DNA of 64,000 nucleotides from an uncultured delta proteobacterium (GCA_963767925.1 CAVYGB010000008.1:1728001-1792000), one strand, 5' to 3'; counted from the first letter of the stretch, positions 52,884-62,721 are shown. Notes: generated by a model from the sequence alone, not told the origin. Numbers and translations are program-made.

Positions 52884-54194
52884 ATGGCCGACCCCACGCC
52901 CGACAAGCCGTCCGAGACGCCCGCCAGCCCCCCCTCGACCGTCAAGGGGATGACCGACATCCTGTCGCCCGACGTCGCCAAGTGGCAGTTCGTGGAGGAG
53001 AAGGCCCGCGCTGTGCTGGAGGCGTTCTCCTACCGCGAGCTGCGCACCCCCATCCTCGAGTACACGCCCCTGTTCATCCGCAGCGTGGGGGAGGCGACCG
53101 AGGTGGTCGAGAAGCAGATGTACACCTTCGAGGATCGCGACGGCAGCTCGGTGACCATGCGGCCGGAGGGGACCGCCCCCGCCGTGCGGGCTTACCTCGG
53201 CAACACCCAGTGGAACCGGGAGCCGACAACCCGCTGGTATTACCTCGGTCCCATGTTCCGGCACGAGCGGGCCCAGCGGGGGCGCCTGCGGCAGTTCCAC
53301 CAGGTGGGCGCCGAGGTCTTCGGCCTCTCCGAGCCCACCATCGACGCCGAGCTGATCGCCATGCTGGTCGCCATGTTGACCGAGATGGGGGTGCCGGCGA
53401 CCGAGCTCGAGGTCGCGATCAACACCCTCGGCGAGCCCGAGGAGCGGGTGGCCTACCGCGAGGCTCTGCGGGGGTATTTCGGCCAGCACCGAGACCAGCT
53501 CGACGAGGACTCGCTGCGCCGGCTGGAGCACAACCCCCTGCGCATCCTGGACTCCAAGAACCCGCAGGTGCAGGCGCTCTGCGCGGGAGCGCCCCTGCTG
53601 CTCGACACCCTGGGGGAGGCCTCCCGGGAGCGCTTCTCCCAGGTGCGCGCGCTGCTCGACGGCCTGCAGGTGAAATACGAGGTCGATCCCCGGCTGGTCC
53701 GGGGCCTCGACTATTACACGGCGACGATCTTCGAGCTGCGCGCCCGGACCGGCAACCTGGGCGCCCAGAACACGCTCTGCGGGGGCGGCCGCTACGACCG
53801 CCTGGTGCGCTCGCTGGGCGGCCCGGAGGTGCCGGCGCTGGGCTTCGGCATGGGGCTCGAGCGCGTCCTGCTGGCGGTGGCCGACGCGGCCGAGGGCTAC
53901 GAGCCCACCCTGGCCCTGTTCGTGGCCGCCCTGGGGCCCGAGGCCCGGCGCTTCGCCCTCCCCCTGGCTCACCGCCTGCGGCTGGCCGGCATCCGCACCG
54001 AGATCGAGCACCGGGAGGCGGGGCTCAAGGCTCAGCTCAAGCGAGCCGACAAGCTCAAGGCCCGGCTGGCCCTCCTGATCGGGGAGGACGAGCTGCGCAC
54101 GGGCAAGCTGGCGCTCAAGGATCTGGCCAGCGGCCAGCAGCACCAGGTGGCGCTCGAGGACCTCGAGAGCCGCATCCACCAGCTGCTGGACTGA
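52884..54194 (+). CDS. hisS: Histidyl-tRNA synthetase
   Basis: 'KGMTDI', 'RPEGTA', 'FRHERAQRGRLRQFHQ', 'LVRGLDYYT', 'GGGRYD'. Confidence 0.98.
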   Translation: MADPTPDKPSETPASPPSTVKGMTDILSPDVAKWQFVEEKARAVLEAFSYRELRTPILEYTPLFIRSVGEATEVVEKQMYTFEDRDGSSVTMRPEGTAPAVRAYLGNTQWNREPTTRWYYLGPMFRHERAQRGRLRQFHQVGAEVFGLSEPTIDAELIAMLVAMLTEMGVPATELEVAINTLGEPEERVAYREALRGYFGQHRDQLDEDSLRRLEHNPLRILDSKNPQVQALCAGAPLLLDTLGEASRERFSQVRALLDGLQVKYEVDPRLVRGLDYYTATIFELRARTGNLGAQNTLCGGGRYDRLVRSLGGPEVPALGFGMGLERVLLAVADAAEGYEPTLALFVAALGPEARRFALPLAHRLRLAGIRTEIEHREAGLKAQLKRADKLKARLALLIGEDELRTGKLALKDLASGQQHQVALEDLESRIHQLLD

Positions 54195-54212
54195 GCGAAC
54201 CGGACCGGGCTG

Positions 54213-55094
54213 CTAGGCCCGTCGGATCCGGGGGGACAGCTCGAGCACGGCCCGGCCCTGCCGGAACACCCGGACCGTGCCCGAGGTCTGCGAGACGACG
54301 ATGGCGATGGCCCTCGTCTCGCGGGTGACGCCGGCGGCGGCCATGTGGCGGGCCCCCAGGCCCAGCGGGACCCGCAGGTCCTTCTCCTCGAAGCTCAGGT
54401 AACGTCCGGCCGCCTGGACCACCCCGTCCTCGCGGAGCACGAAGGCCCCATCGAGCACGGTGAAGGCGCGCAGGGCCCGCCGAACCTCCGGATTCATCAT
54501 GTTTCGCTCGTCCTCGGAGTAGCCCTGGAACGGGTTGAGGCTGAGCGGACGCGAGTTCTCCATCACCTTGGCCGAGTCCCCCACGATGAAGAGAGCCCCC
54601 ACCGGGCGACCCTCCCAGCCCTCGACTCCGATGGCCACCGCCAGGCCGATCAAAGCGTCGATGACTTCGGGCGACACACCTTCGGTCTGGATGAAGCTGA
54701 AGGCGCCGTCCTCGTCCTCGGGCCCGACGGTCAGGACCAGGATCGAGTCGGGCATGCTGTTCGGGCGGCGGGCCAGCAGGCCGACCACCACGTCCCCCTC
54801 GCGGTACAGGCCGCGGGACACGCCGGCCACGATGGCCAGCTTGAGCTTCTCCGCCCGGTGCAGGTCGTACTGGGGCAACGGGATGACGGGGATCCCCGCC
54901 GCCTCGACAACCAGGCGCTGCGCCTCGCTGACCACCGCCTGGACCAGCTTCTTGCGGGCCTTGGGTTTGCCCCGAAAGGCCTCGTCCGGCAGCGGGAGGT
55001 CGCCGATGTACAGGAGGTGGTCGATGGTGCGCTTGCCGGCGAGGCTCAGCGCGGCCCGGATGATCTCGACCTGGTTGACCGTGGCTCGCGGCAT
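54213..55094 (-). CDS. Diadenylate cyclase, DacZ-type (N-terminal alpha/beta domain + DAC/DisA_N)
   Basis: 'EGWEGRPVGALFIVGD', 'NPFQGY', catalytic 'LDGAF', 'GLGARHMAAA', 'VSQTSG'; no TM. Confidence 0.88.
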   Translation of the reverse strand: MPRATVNQVEIIRAALSLAGKRTIDHLLYIGDLPLPDEAFRGKPKARKKLVQAVVSEAQRLVVEAAGIPVIPLPQYDLHRAEKLKLAIVAGVSRGLYREGDVVVGLLARRPNSMPDSILVLTVGPEDEDGAFSFIQTEGVSPEVIDALIGLAVAIGVEGWEGRPVGALFIVGDSAKVMENSRPLSLNPFQGYSEDERNMMNPEVRRALRAFTVLDGAFVLREDGVVQAAGRYLSFEEKDLRVPLGLGARHMAAAGVTRETRAIAIVVSQTSGTVRVFRQGRAVLELSPRIRRA

Positions 55095-55113
55095 GAACAG
55101 GCTACTCTAATCT

Positions 55114-56655
55114 GTGGCGAAGACGCCGATATCCAGAATCGGAGACCGGCACATGCTACGCGAAATCCTGGCGACGCTGAAGGCCCGACCGACGGCCACC
55201 CTGATATTTGCCGGCGCCTTCGGCCTGGTGGGCATCGTCATCGGCGCCGCCGTCAACTGGAACGCCACCTCGGCCAAGCCAGCTTTCTCCTGCGACGGCG
55301 AATACGCCGATTCCCTCCAGATGCGGGACTCCGAGCCCCGCCTGCCCACCCCCAAACCGGCGGAATACACCTACCTGGTTCGCAACAGCGCCCGCTACGA
55401 GTGCCCCTACTTCGGCCCCGACGGCAAGCTCCGCCGCCGCATCGACCACGCCCGGGAGCATGGCACGGCCTTCGCGTACGAGGTTGTCGGCGACGAGACC
55501 TACCTGCTGACCAACGAGCACGTGGCCGTCTGGCCGGAGGTGACCGACCCCCGCAACCGGGTCGCCGGGGTCAGCGACGGCTGCAAGCGGGTCGAGGCCC
55601 GCCTGCGCATCGTCAACGACGAGCGGGACGAGGAGGAGGTGGGCCAGATCCCCCTCAAGCTGGTAGCCGCCGATCCCCGCCTGGATGCAGCCGTCCTCAA
55701 GGCCCCCCAGCGGCTGTCGGTCCTGCCCCACCGCATCGGCCGCAGCGCCGCCCTCCGCCAGGGCAACGCGGTGGAGGTGCGAGGGTTCCCCCTCGGGCTG
55801 CTCCACGCGGTCAACACCGGCAAGGTGGTCAATCCCTACGACCACGACGTCGAGCAGGGCTGGGACCACGTCGACTTCGTTGTCGACGCCCTCCTCTCCG
55901 AGGGCAACTCGGGCAGCCCGGTCCTGGCCCTCAGCTGCGCCAGCGGCAAGCTCGAGCTCGTGGGCATGTACCACGCCGGCTACAAGGAGGCGAGCGCGCT
56001 CAACGTCGTGGTGGGGATCGACCAGGTCCGGGAGTTCATGGCCAAGAAGCGGCGGATCCCCCGGGCCTCCGTCGACGGGCCCGACCTGACCGCGGGCGAG
56101 CGACAGCGGCTGGAGGATCGCCTGCAGACCGGCACCCTGCCGATCTTCCAGTTCGGCGGGCTCACCCTGGTGGTGGACCGGGCCGGCGAGAGCTTGCGCT
56201 ATCATTTCTATGGGCGGGGCTTTCCCATGGACGACCGGCGGGTGGCGGTCCTGGAGGACCGGCGGGTGCCGGGCCGCTTCGGGGAGCTGGGCAGCTTGCT
56301 CGTCCGGGGCGAGGCAGGCTGGCGGGCCTCCAGCCTGAAGACCCTCGGCGAGGAGGACCGGGACCTGCTCGGCCGCTCGGCGGACGCCCTGCGCCTGCAC
56401 GTGCTCAAGGTGCTCGAGTACCGGCGCCTGATCGTGGGAGCCGACAGCCTGGACGAGCGGCGGCAGGCCCGGGAGATCCGCAAGGGCCTGGAGCGCCAGA
56501 GCGCGCCCGAACGGGAGCTGACCAGCAGCCTGCTCGACCTCATCGAGCGGCTGGCGCCCCAGCGGGACCCGAACATCCCCGGGAATCCCGGGGCCGACGC
56601 GGCGGTGCCCGGGCCTCCCGCCCTCAGCGCCGAGCCCCTGCCCACGCCGCTCTGA
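55114..56655 (+). CDS. Membrane-anchored trypsin-like (S1) serine protease with C-terminal extension
   Basis: Catalytic triad 'LTNEHV', 'LDAAVL', 'GNSGSP'; N-terminal TM; start may be ATG 55153. Confidence 0.82.
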   Translation: MAKTPISRIGDRHMLREILATLKARPTATLIFAGAFGLVGIVIGAAVNWNATSAKPAFSCDGEYADSLQMRDSEPRLPTPKPAEYTYLVRNSARYECPYFGPDGKLRRRIDHAREHGTAFAYEVVGDETYLLTNEHVAVWPEVTDPRNRVAGVSDGCKRVEARLRIVNDERDEEEVGQIPLKLVAADPRLDAAVLKAPQRLSVLPHRIGRSAALRQGNAVEVRGFPLGLLHAVNTGKVVNPYDHDVEQGWDHVDFVVDALLSEGNSGSPVLALSCASGKLELVGMYHAGYKEASALNVVVGIDQVREFMAKKRRIPRASVDGPDLTAGERQRLEDRLQTGTLPIFQFGGLTLVVDRAGESLRYHFYGRGFPMDDRRVAVLEDRRVPGRFGELGSLLVRGEAGWRASSLKTLGEEDRDLLGRSADALRLHVLKVLEYRRLIVGADSLDERRQAREIRKGLERQSAPERELTSSLLDLIERLAPQRDPNIPGNPGADAAVPGPPALSAEPLPTPL

Positions 56656-56688
56656 GCCGCCTTCGCCGGTTTCTGCTAGAAGCGGCCG

Positions 56689-58053
56689 ATGGTCGAGCTG
56701 CGCTACAGCCTCGGCACGCTCGAGATCCTCGGCCTGCCGGCCGGGACGACCGAGCTGCCGGCGGTCTGCCTCTGGGATCCGCGCTCGGCCTGTTACCGGG
56801 CGCCCGCCGCGGCCTACGCCGACCTGGTGCGGGCCTTCCGCCGGGCCGAGCTCCCGTTCGAGGATCGGGCCCGGGCCTACACCGAGCTGGCCCTGACCGG
56901 GACCGTCCGGCGCGAGCCCCGGGACTACCAGAACGAGGCCCTGGCGGCCTGGCGCAAGGCCAACGGCCGGGGGGTGGTGGTGCTTCCCACCGGGGCGGGA
57001 AAGACCCTGGTGGCCCACATGGCGATCGCCGATCGCCTGCGCAGCACCCTGGTGGTGACGCCCACCCTCGATCTCGTACGGCAGTGGCACGACGGCCTGT
57101 ACGCCACCTTCGGGGGCCGGATCGGGCTGCTGGGCGGCGGCGAATACGACGTGCAGCCCATCACCGTGAGCACCTACGACTCGGCCTTCCTGCACATGGA
57201 GCGGCTGGGCGCCCGCTTCGGGCTGATCGTGTTCGACGAGTGCCACCACCTGCCCGGCCCGAGCTATGCGCTGGCCGCCCGGCTGTGTCTGGCCCCCTAT
57301 CGCCTGGGGCTGACCGCCACGCCCGAGCGGGGCGACGGCCGGGACAGCGAGATGGGTGGCCTCGTGGGTCCCATCGTCTACCGCAAGGAGATCGTCGACC
57401 TGGAGGGGGCCTACCTGGCGGAGTACGAGACCGTCCGGGTGAGCCTGGAGCTGACCCCGGTCGAGCTGGCCGAATACCAGGCCGAGCGCGAGATCTACCG
57501 GGACTTCCTCCGCCGGCAGGGCATCTCGATGCAGAGCCCCTCGGGCTGGACCGACTTCATCATGCGAGCGGCCCGCAGCGACGACGGCCAGCGGGCGCTC
57601 GCCGCCTATCGGCGGCAGCGGGAGATCGCCTTCACCGCCCCGGCCAAGCTCGACTACGTCGAGCGGCTGCTCAGCCAGCACCGCCACGACCGGGTCATCG
57701 TGTTCACCGAGGACAACGCCACCGTCTACCTGGTGTCGCGCCGGTTCCTGCTGCCGGCCATCACCCACAAGACGAAGGTGCGCGAGCGGAGCGAGATCCT
57801 CGCCGGCCTGTCTGCCGGGCGCTACGGCGCGGTGGCCACCTCGCGCGTCCTCAACGAGGGGGTCGACATCCCGGAGGCCAACGTCGCCATCGTCATGTCG
57901 GGCAGCGGCTCGGTCCGGGAGCACGTCCAGCGCCTGGGCCGGGTGCTGCGCAAGGGCGAGGGGAAAAAGGCTCTCCTCTACGAGCTGATCAGCTCGGGCA
58001 CCTCCGAGGCCCGGACCAGCCAGCGCCGGCGGGACCACGTTGCTTACCGCTGA
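56689..58053 (+). CDS. XPB/Rad25-like SF2 helicase
   Basis: 'RDYQ', 'LPTGAGKT', 'FDECHHL', 'LGLTATPERGDG', 'VLNEGVDIP', 'QRLGRVLR'. Confidence 0.92.
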   Translation: MVELRYSLGTLEILGLPAGTTELPAVCLWDPRSACYRAPAAAYADLVRAFRRAELPFEDRARAYTELALTGTVRREPRDYQNEALAAWRKANGRGVVVLPTGAGKTLVAHMAIADRLRSTLVVTPTLDLVRQWHDGLYATFGGRIGLLGGGEYDVQPITVSTYDSAFLHMERLGARFGLIVFDECHHLPGPSYALAARLCLAPYRLGLTATPERGDGRDSEMGGLVGPIVYRKEIVDLEGAYLAEYETVRVSLELTPVELAEYQAEREIYRDFLRRQGISMQSPSGWTDFIMRAARSDDGQRALAAYRRQREIAFTAPAKLDYVERLLSQHRHDRVIVFTEDNATVYLVSRRFLLPAITHKTKVRERSEILAGLSAGRYGAVATSRVLNEGVDIPEANVAIVMSGSGSVREHVQRLGRVLRKGEGKKALLYELISSGTSEARTSQRRRDHVAYR

Positions 58054-59296
58054 TCTGGCCCAGGTCCGCCGGCGGGGCGACCGCCTCCTGCTGCAGGCCC
58101 TCTCGGCCGAGGAGCGGATCCGGGCCCGGCAGCTCGCCGAGGCCTATCTCGGTCTGGCCCGGGCCCACCTCGGCAGCGAGCGGGGTCAGCTCCAGGAGGC
58201 GCTCCGCCAGGTCCCGCTCACCGCCCGCGAACGGCGCCTGGGGGCCGGCCTCATCAAGCTGGTCCTCGACCGCTGTCAGTTCGAGCCGGTCAGCGGGCTC
58301 GAGCCCGCGTCGCTCCGCTCGGAGCTCTTCTCGCGGGCGACCGCGGCCCGCAAGGAGCTGCCCACCGCCGGAGTGTTCGACCGGCAGGTGGTGCTGGCCG
58401 AGGTCGCGGCCGGCCGGGGCATCACCACCGAGGCCCTGGAGCAGTCCCTCTACGCCGACCTGCCCGAGGCCCACCGCCTGCGCGACCTGGCCGCCGGGGA
58501 CGCCGAGGCGCTGGTGGCGGCCTACGAGGCGGGCGGGATCGCCGCGGTCCTGCTGCGCGCCACCTGCGTGCGGGTGCGGGTGCAGCAGGCCTCGCCGGGC
58601 GCCTTCCGGGCCCTGTTCCACAAGCTCAAGTTCCTGCGGCTGCTCTGTCGCATCGAGGCTGTCCCGGCGGAGGGGCCCCGCGGGGCGCCGGGGTACGCCA
58701 TCACGATCGACGGTCCCTTCAGCCTGTTCGACGCCGTCTCGAAGTATGGCCTGGCGCTGGCCCTCGCCTACCCGGCCATCTCCGCCTGCGGGAAGTGGTC
58801 GCTGGAGGCCGACGTCCGCTGGGGCAAGGACCGCCGCCCCCTCGTGTTCGCCGCCAGCGGGCGGGCGCCCGACGGCGGATCGACAGATGCCGTGCCCCTG
58901 TCCGACGAGGTCTCCGCCCTGCTGGCCGAGCTGTCGGCGTTGCCCGGCGGCCGCTGGCGAGCCCGGGCGGCCCAGCAGATCATCGACCTGCCGGGGGCGG
59001 GGTGCATCGTCCCCGACCTCGAGCTCTCCGACGACCGGACCGGGCAGACCGTCCTCGTCGAGGTGATGGGCTTCTGGAGCCGGGAGGCGGTCTGGCGCCG
59101 GGTCGAGCTGGCCGAACGGGGCCTCCCCGTGCCGATGGTCTTCGTCGCCAGCAAACATCTGCGCGTGAGCGAGGAGGCCCTGCCCGAGACCGTCCCGGCG
59201 GCGCTCTACATCTACAACCGGCGGATCGCGCCGCGCGCGCTGCTGGAGCGGGCTGAAACCGTTGTCGCCCGGGCGGTCCGCGCCGGCCCGCCGTGA
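58040..59296 (+). CDS. DUF790/Bax1-family nuclease
   Basis: 'MLTADL', 'LYADL', 'IDGPFSLF..KYG..LA', PD-(D/E)xK-like 'VPDL..VEVMGFWS'; 14-bp overlap with the helicase. Confidence 0.88.
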   Translation: MLTADLAQVRRRGDRLLLQALSAEERIRARQLAEAYLGLARAHLGSERGQLQEALRQVPLTARERRLGAGLIKLVLDRCQFEPVSGLEPASLRSELFSRATAARKELPTAGVFDRQVVLAEVAAGRGITTEALEQSLYADLPEAHRLRDLAAGDAEALVAAYEAGGIAAVLLRATCVRVRVQQASPGAFRALFHKLKFLRLLCRIEAVPAEGPRGAPGYAITIDGPFSLFDAVSKYGLALALAYPAISACGKWSLEADVRWGKDRRPLVFAASGRAPDGGSTDAVPLSDEVSALLAELSALPGGRWRARAAQQIIDLPGAGCIVPDLELSDDRTGQTVLVEVMGFWSREAVWRRVELAERGLPVPMVFVASKHLRVSEEALPETVPAALYIYNRRIAPRALLERAETVVARAVRAGPP

Positions 59297-59469
59297 TCCC
59301 GATATTTTCTGACAACCGCGAGGTGACCTGGGCAACTAGCTCACCATGCTGAGGGCTGTCCTGGCCGAGCTGCGCGCGGCGATGGACGTCCCCGGCGCCC
59401 TTCTTCGGCGACGCCAGACCGGCAAGCCGATCCCGAGCTTCGGGCTCAGGGCTGAAGGACGGAGGCAGT

Positions 59470-59501
59470 GGTGGCGGGGCGCAGGGCGGCCTCGCCGCCT
59501 C
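59470..59501. terminator. GC-rich hairpin between convergent bax1 and prkA
   Basis: GGTGGCGGGG ... CCTCGCCGCC inverted repeat; no U-tract. Confidence 0.3.
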
Positions 59502-59528
59502 CACCGCGCTTCGCGGGCCTCGAGGACT

Positions 59529-61796
59529 CTAGCTGTAGCGCTTGCGCACGAGGGCCAGGACGGCGTCCTTCGCGCAGTGCTCGCAGTAGCCGAAGCGCTG
59601 CTTGAGGCCATCGATTGTCTTCAAGGCGGCCTCGGCGGCGTCGGCCGCCATGCGGGCGGGGCCGTCCACCAGGTAGACCAGGAGGTCCTCGTTGATCTTG
59701 CGGATCTGCTTCTTGCGGTCGCCGAAGAAGGCCTCGCGTAGGTGGGCGATGGGTCGGGGGAAGATGCGCTCGTAGTCCGGCTTGCGCCCAGGGTGATCGA
59801 GGGACCAGGCGCCGATGCGGCTGATCACCTCGCGGCGGAACTCCTCGCGCCGCCCTTCTCCGCTGCCCACGTCGAGCATCCGCTCGACGTCCCCCATCAG
59901 CTCCTCGTCCGCTTCCTCGTCCTTGCCGGTGACCGCGTTGCGAACCTTCTCCCGCTTGACCCAGTGGGAGACGTGGCTGACGTAGCGCTCGAACTGCTCG
60001 ATGTAGCGGCGCTCCTCGACGAGCCCCATCGACGTCCGCACCTCGTCGTCGATCTTGTCGATGAGACGGTCGCGCACCTGGAAGATGAACTTGCGGTTCT
60101 CGTGGTACCCGCCCGACAGCGGCTCTTGCTTGAGGAAGTCGTAGAGGGAGACCGAGCGGACCAGATCCTCCAGCTCCTCGAACACGGCGAAGGGGGAGAG
60201 GCACTTGTACTTCGGGCTCTGGGCGGCGTTCATCAGCAGCAGCTTCATCTCCCGCGGGGATGAGCCGGTCCGGCCCTCGTAGTTGGGGTAGGCGTCCGAC
60301 TCGCGGGCGATCCGCTCGAGACCGGCGTGCAGCTCCTTTTGCTGCTCGGGAGAGAACCCTTCGGCCGGGCCTTCGCCCGCGTAGAGCAGGGCCTTGTCGA
60401 GAGGGGCCAGCCGCGACACGAGCTCGGCCATGCCCTTCGGGTATTTCTCGGGCATCGGCTTGCGCATCCGGGTGAGGACCGACCAGAGCGCCGTCACCCA
60501 GGCCACGTGGGGGGCGACGTGTTTGGCCCCGTCGTTGCCGGTGAACGAACGGATGTGCGCCTCGTAGATCTTCTGCTCCTGCCGGAAATCCAGCAGGTAA
60601 GGCGCACGCACGAGCTCCATCCGCCCCTTGAAGGACTGAAACTCGGGGAGCTCCTTGAAGGCCGCCAGGTAGCCCTCGTTGGACGAGGCGATGAAGACCG
60701 TGTCGATCTCCAGCACCGCCACGTCGATCGAGGTGCGGCCCTGCTCGACGGTTCCCAGCAGGTACTTGAAAGACTCGAGCGGGCGCTTCAACAGGTCGGC
60801 GAAGTCGAGCAGACCCCGGTTGCCGTCGACCAGCTCCCCCTGGACCTCGTAGAGGGTCAGCGATTGCAGGGCAGGAGGCAAGGAGGACAGCGAGCGGTCC
60901 ATGGTGAGCTGTCGAGAGCGGGCGTCCACGGCCAGCTGGGGCTCGACGGTGGCGACCGCCTGCCGGTAGCGGCGGGAGACGAAGAAGCGCTCGACCTGGA
61001 TGTGGCGCAGGACCTTGGCGATGTCGCCGTGGTACGAGGACAGCAGGGCCTCGAAGATCTGACGGTTGCGGTGGGACAGATCGCCGTTCGTGAGCTGGTA
61101 GGCGGGCCGCGATCCCCGGGACTCCTCGAGGGCCAGGCGCTCCTCGAACAGCCCCCGCCGCTTGCCCCGGGGCAGGAGCAAGATGGGGTGGTCCCGCAGC
61201 TCGTCGACGATCTTGGCCTCGATGAGGTCGTCCTCGAGGTAGGCGTAGCTGTCGAGCGCCCCGCCGGGCTCCACCGGGTTGCCTCCCGCGAAGCCGATGC
61301 CGGTCTTCGCCACCCGCTGGGAGGGGAAGATCCAGTTGAAGCGATAGAGCGCCCCCTCGTCGAGGGTGGAGTAGTGCTCGAGGGCCCGCTGCAGGCAGCT
61401 CACCAGGGTGGACTTGGCGCTGCCGTTGGGGCCGTGCAGGAGGATGAGACGGTTGGTTCGCCCTTCGCGGGCGAAGTTCGAGACCAGCCGGTAGATCGAC
61501 CCCTGCACCTCTTCCTGCCCGACCAGGTGGTCCTTGCCTTCGTCCCAGGGGCAGTCGAAGAGCTTCCAGCGCGTGACCTGTCCTCTCGGGGAACGCACCG
61601 ATTCGGTCCCGAAGTGATCCAGCGCATCCCGTAGGTACTGCGCCGTCGAGCGGGTCTGTCGGACGATGTCGGAGCAGAACAGCGAGAAGTACTCACCGAA
61701 CGACATCACCCGACGCTTCCGGGCGAACGACTCGCGGAGCTCCGCCGTCGTCAGACCGAGCCACGCCTTGGGATCGAAGGGACTCGAATCGGACAT
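59529..61796 (-). CDS. prkA: PrkA/YeaG-family AAA+ protein (annotated as serine protein kinase)
   Basis: 'LILLHGPNGSAKST', 'GELVDGNRGLLDFADLLKRP', 'YEGRTGSSPRE', 'FGYCEHCA'. Confidence 0.9.
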   Translation of the reverse strand: MSDSSPFDPKAWLGLTTAELRESFARKRRVMSFGEYFSLFCSDIVRQTRSTAQYLRDALDHFGTESVRSPRGQVTRWKLFDCPWDEGKDHLVGQEEVQGSIYRLVSNFAREGRTNRLILLHGPNGSAKSTLVSCLQRALEHYSTLDEGALYRFNWIFPSQRVAKTGIGFAGGNPVEPGGALDSYAYLEDDLIEAKIVDELRDHPILLLPRGKRRGLFEERLALEESRGSRPAYQLTNGDLSHRNRQIFEALLSSYHGDIAKVLRHIQVERFFVSRRYRQAVATVEPQLAVDARSRQLTMDRSLSSLPPALQSLTLYEVQGELVDGNRGLLDFADLLKRPLESFKYLLGTVEQGRTSIDVAVLEIDTVFIASSNEGYLAAFKELPEFQSFKGRMELVRAPYLLDFRQEQKIYEAHIRSFTGNDGAKHVAPHVAWVTALWSVLTRMRKPMPEKYPKGMAELVSRLAPLDKALLYAGEGPAEGFSPEQQKELHAGLERIARESDAYPNYEGRTGSSPREMKLLLMNAAQSPKYKCLSPFAVFEELEDLVRSVSLYDFLKQEPLSGGYHENRKFIFQVRDRLIDKIDDEVRTSMGLVEERRYIEQFERYVSHVSHWVKREKVRNAVTGKDEEADEELMGDVERMLDVGSGEGRREEFRREVISRIGAWSLDHPGRKPDYERIFPRPIAHLREAFFGDRKKQIRKINEDLLVYLVDGPARMAADAAEAALKTIDGLKQRFGYCEHCAKDAVLALVRKRYS

Positions 61797-61912
61797 TGAT
61801 GGACGTAGCAACGGTAACACGCTCACACCGCACCGTCACGACTGGCTGGACCGTTATCGTGAGATACCCACTGCATGACTTCGGGCCGACCTGCGTCCAA
61901 ACTCAGGCAAAC

Positions 61913-62662
61913 ATGACCGACATCCCCCTCCGCCCCGCCCGCCTTCGTCTCCGCCCCGGCGCCCGGCCGCCCGGCCGGGCCCGCTCCATCGTCCTCCTGG
62001 TCGCGATCGCCGCCGGGGGACTGCTCCTGACCGGCCTGGGGACCCCGGCCCAGGCGGCGCCGGGCAAGCGGGTGGCGAGCGTGGTGAAGCCCCCCGGCGA
62101 GCCCGCCGAGGGCGGTGGGCTGGGGCCGATGGACGAGCTCAAGCGGGCCAACGCCCAGCTCAAGAAGCAGCTCGGGAACCGCAAGCCGTCCTGGTCCCCC
62201 GAGGCCCAGGCCCGCAACGTCGAGATCAAGAAGATCGTCGGGAGCTTCCTGGACTTCGAGGAGCTCGCCCGCCGGTCGCTGATCCGCCACTGGGAGACCC
62301 TGAACCCCAAGCAGCGCACCGACTTCGTCCGCACCTTGCGGGACCTGGTGGAGCGCAACTACGTCCGGCAGCTCTACGGGCAGCCCGAATACGAGCTCAA
62401 GCTGGACAAGGAGGAGCTCGCCGGGGACGAGGCGACGGTGGTTGGCTCGCTGCGGGCCTCGGCCAAGGGCAAGCCCGTGACCATGTCCCTCGAGTACAAG
62501 CTGATCCGTAAGCAGAACCGCTGGGTCGTCTTCGACGTCGTCACCGACGAGCTGAGTCTGCTCGAGAACTACCGCGCCGAGTTCAACAAGGTCATCGCCC
62601 GGGACTCCTTCGATGTCCTGCTGACCCGGATGAAAAGGAAGCTCAACGAAGGCAGCCGCTGA
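61913..62662 (+). CDS. MlaC/Ttg2D-family periplasmic lipid-binding protein
   Basis: 'FLDFEELARRSL..HW', 'W.V.DVVTDELSLLENYRAEF..VI'; signal peptide. Confidence 0.85.
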   Translation: MTDIPLRPARLRLRPGARPPGRARSIVLLVAIAAGGLLLTGLGTPAQAAPGKRVASVVKPPGEPAEGGGLGPMDELKRANAQLKKQLGNRKPSWSPEAQARNVEIKKIVGSFLDFEELARRSLIRHWETLNPKQRTDFVRTLRDLVERNYVRQLYGQPEYELKLDKEELAGDEATVVGSLRASAKGKPVTMSLEYKLIRKQNRWVVFDVVTDELSLLENYRAEFNKVIARDSFDVLLTRMKRKLNEGSR

Positions 62663-62721
62663 CCGGCCGCCTCGATCTATCGAGCTGCATAGCGCAAGTA
62701 CCTGGTATCGTTGCAAATATG

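Noticed and set aside
54345..59066. 1573-aa ORF and many other long overlapping ORFs (e.g. 55156..58038, 5136..6893, 41573..43507)
   Set aside because: Shadow or antisense frames of real genes in high-GC DNA; Arg/Pro/Gly-rich, no motifs.
59297..59741. ORF 59346..59741, or a riboswitch in the bax1-prkA gap (GGCGATGG resembles the start of a fluoride riboswitch)
   Set aside because: The ORF overlaps prkA antisense by more than 200 bp with no motif; the rest of the riboswitch consensus is absent and the gap lies between convergent genes.
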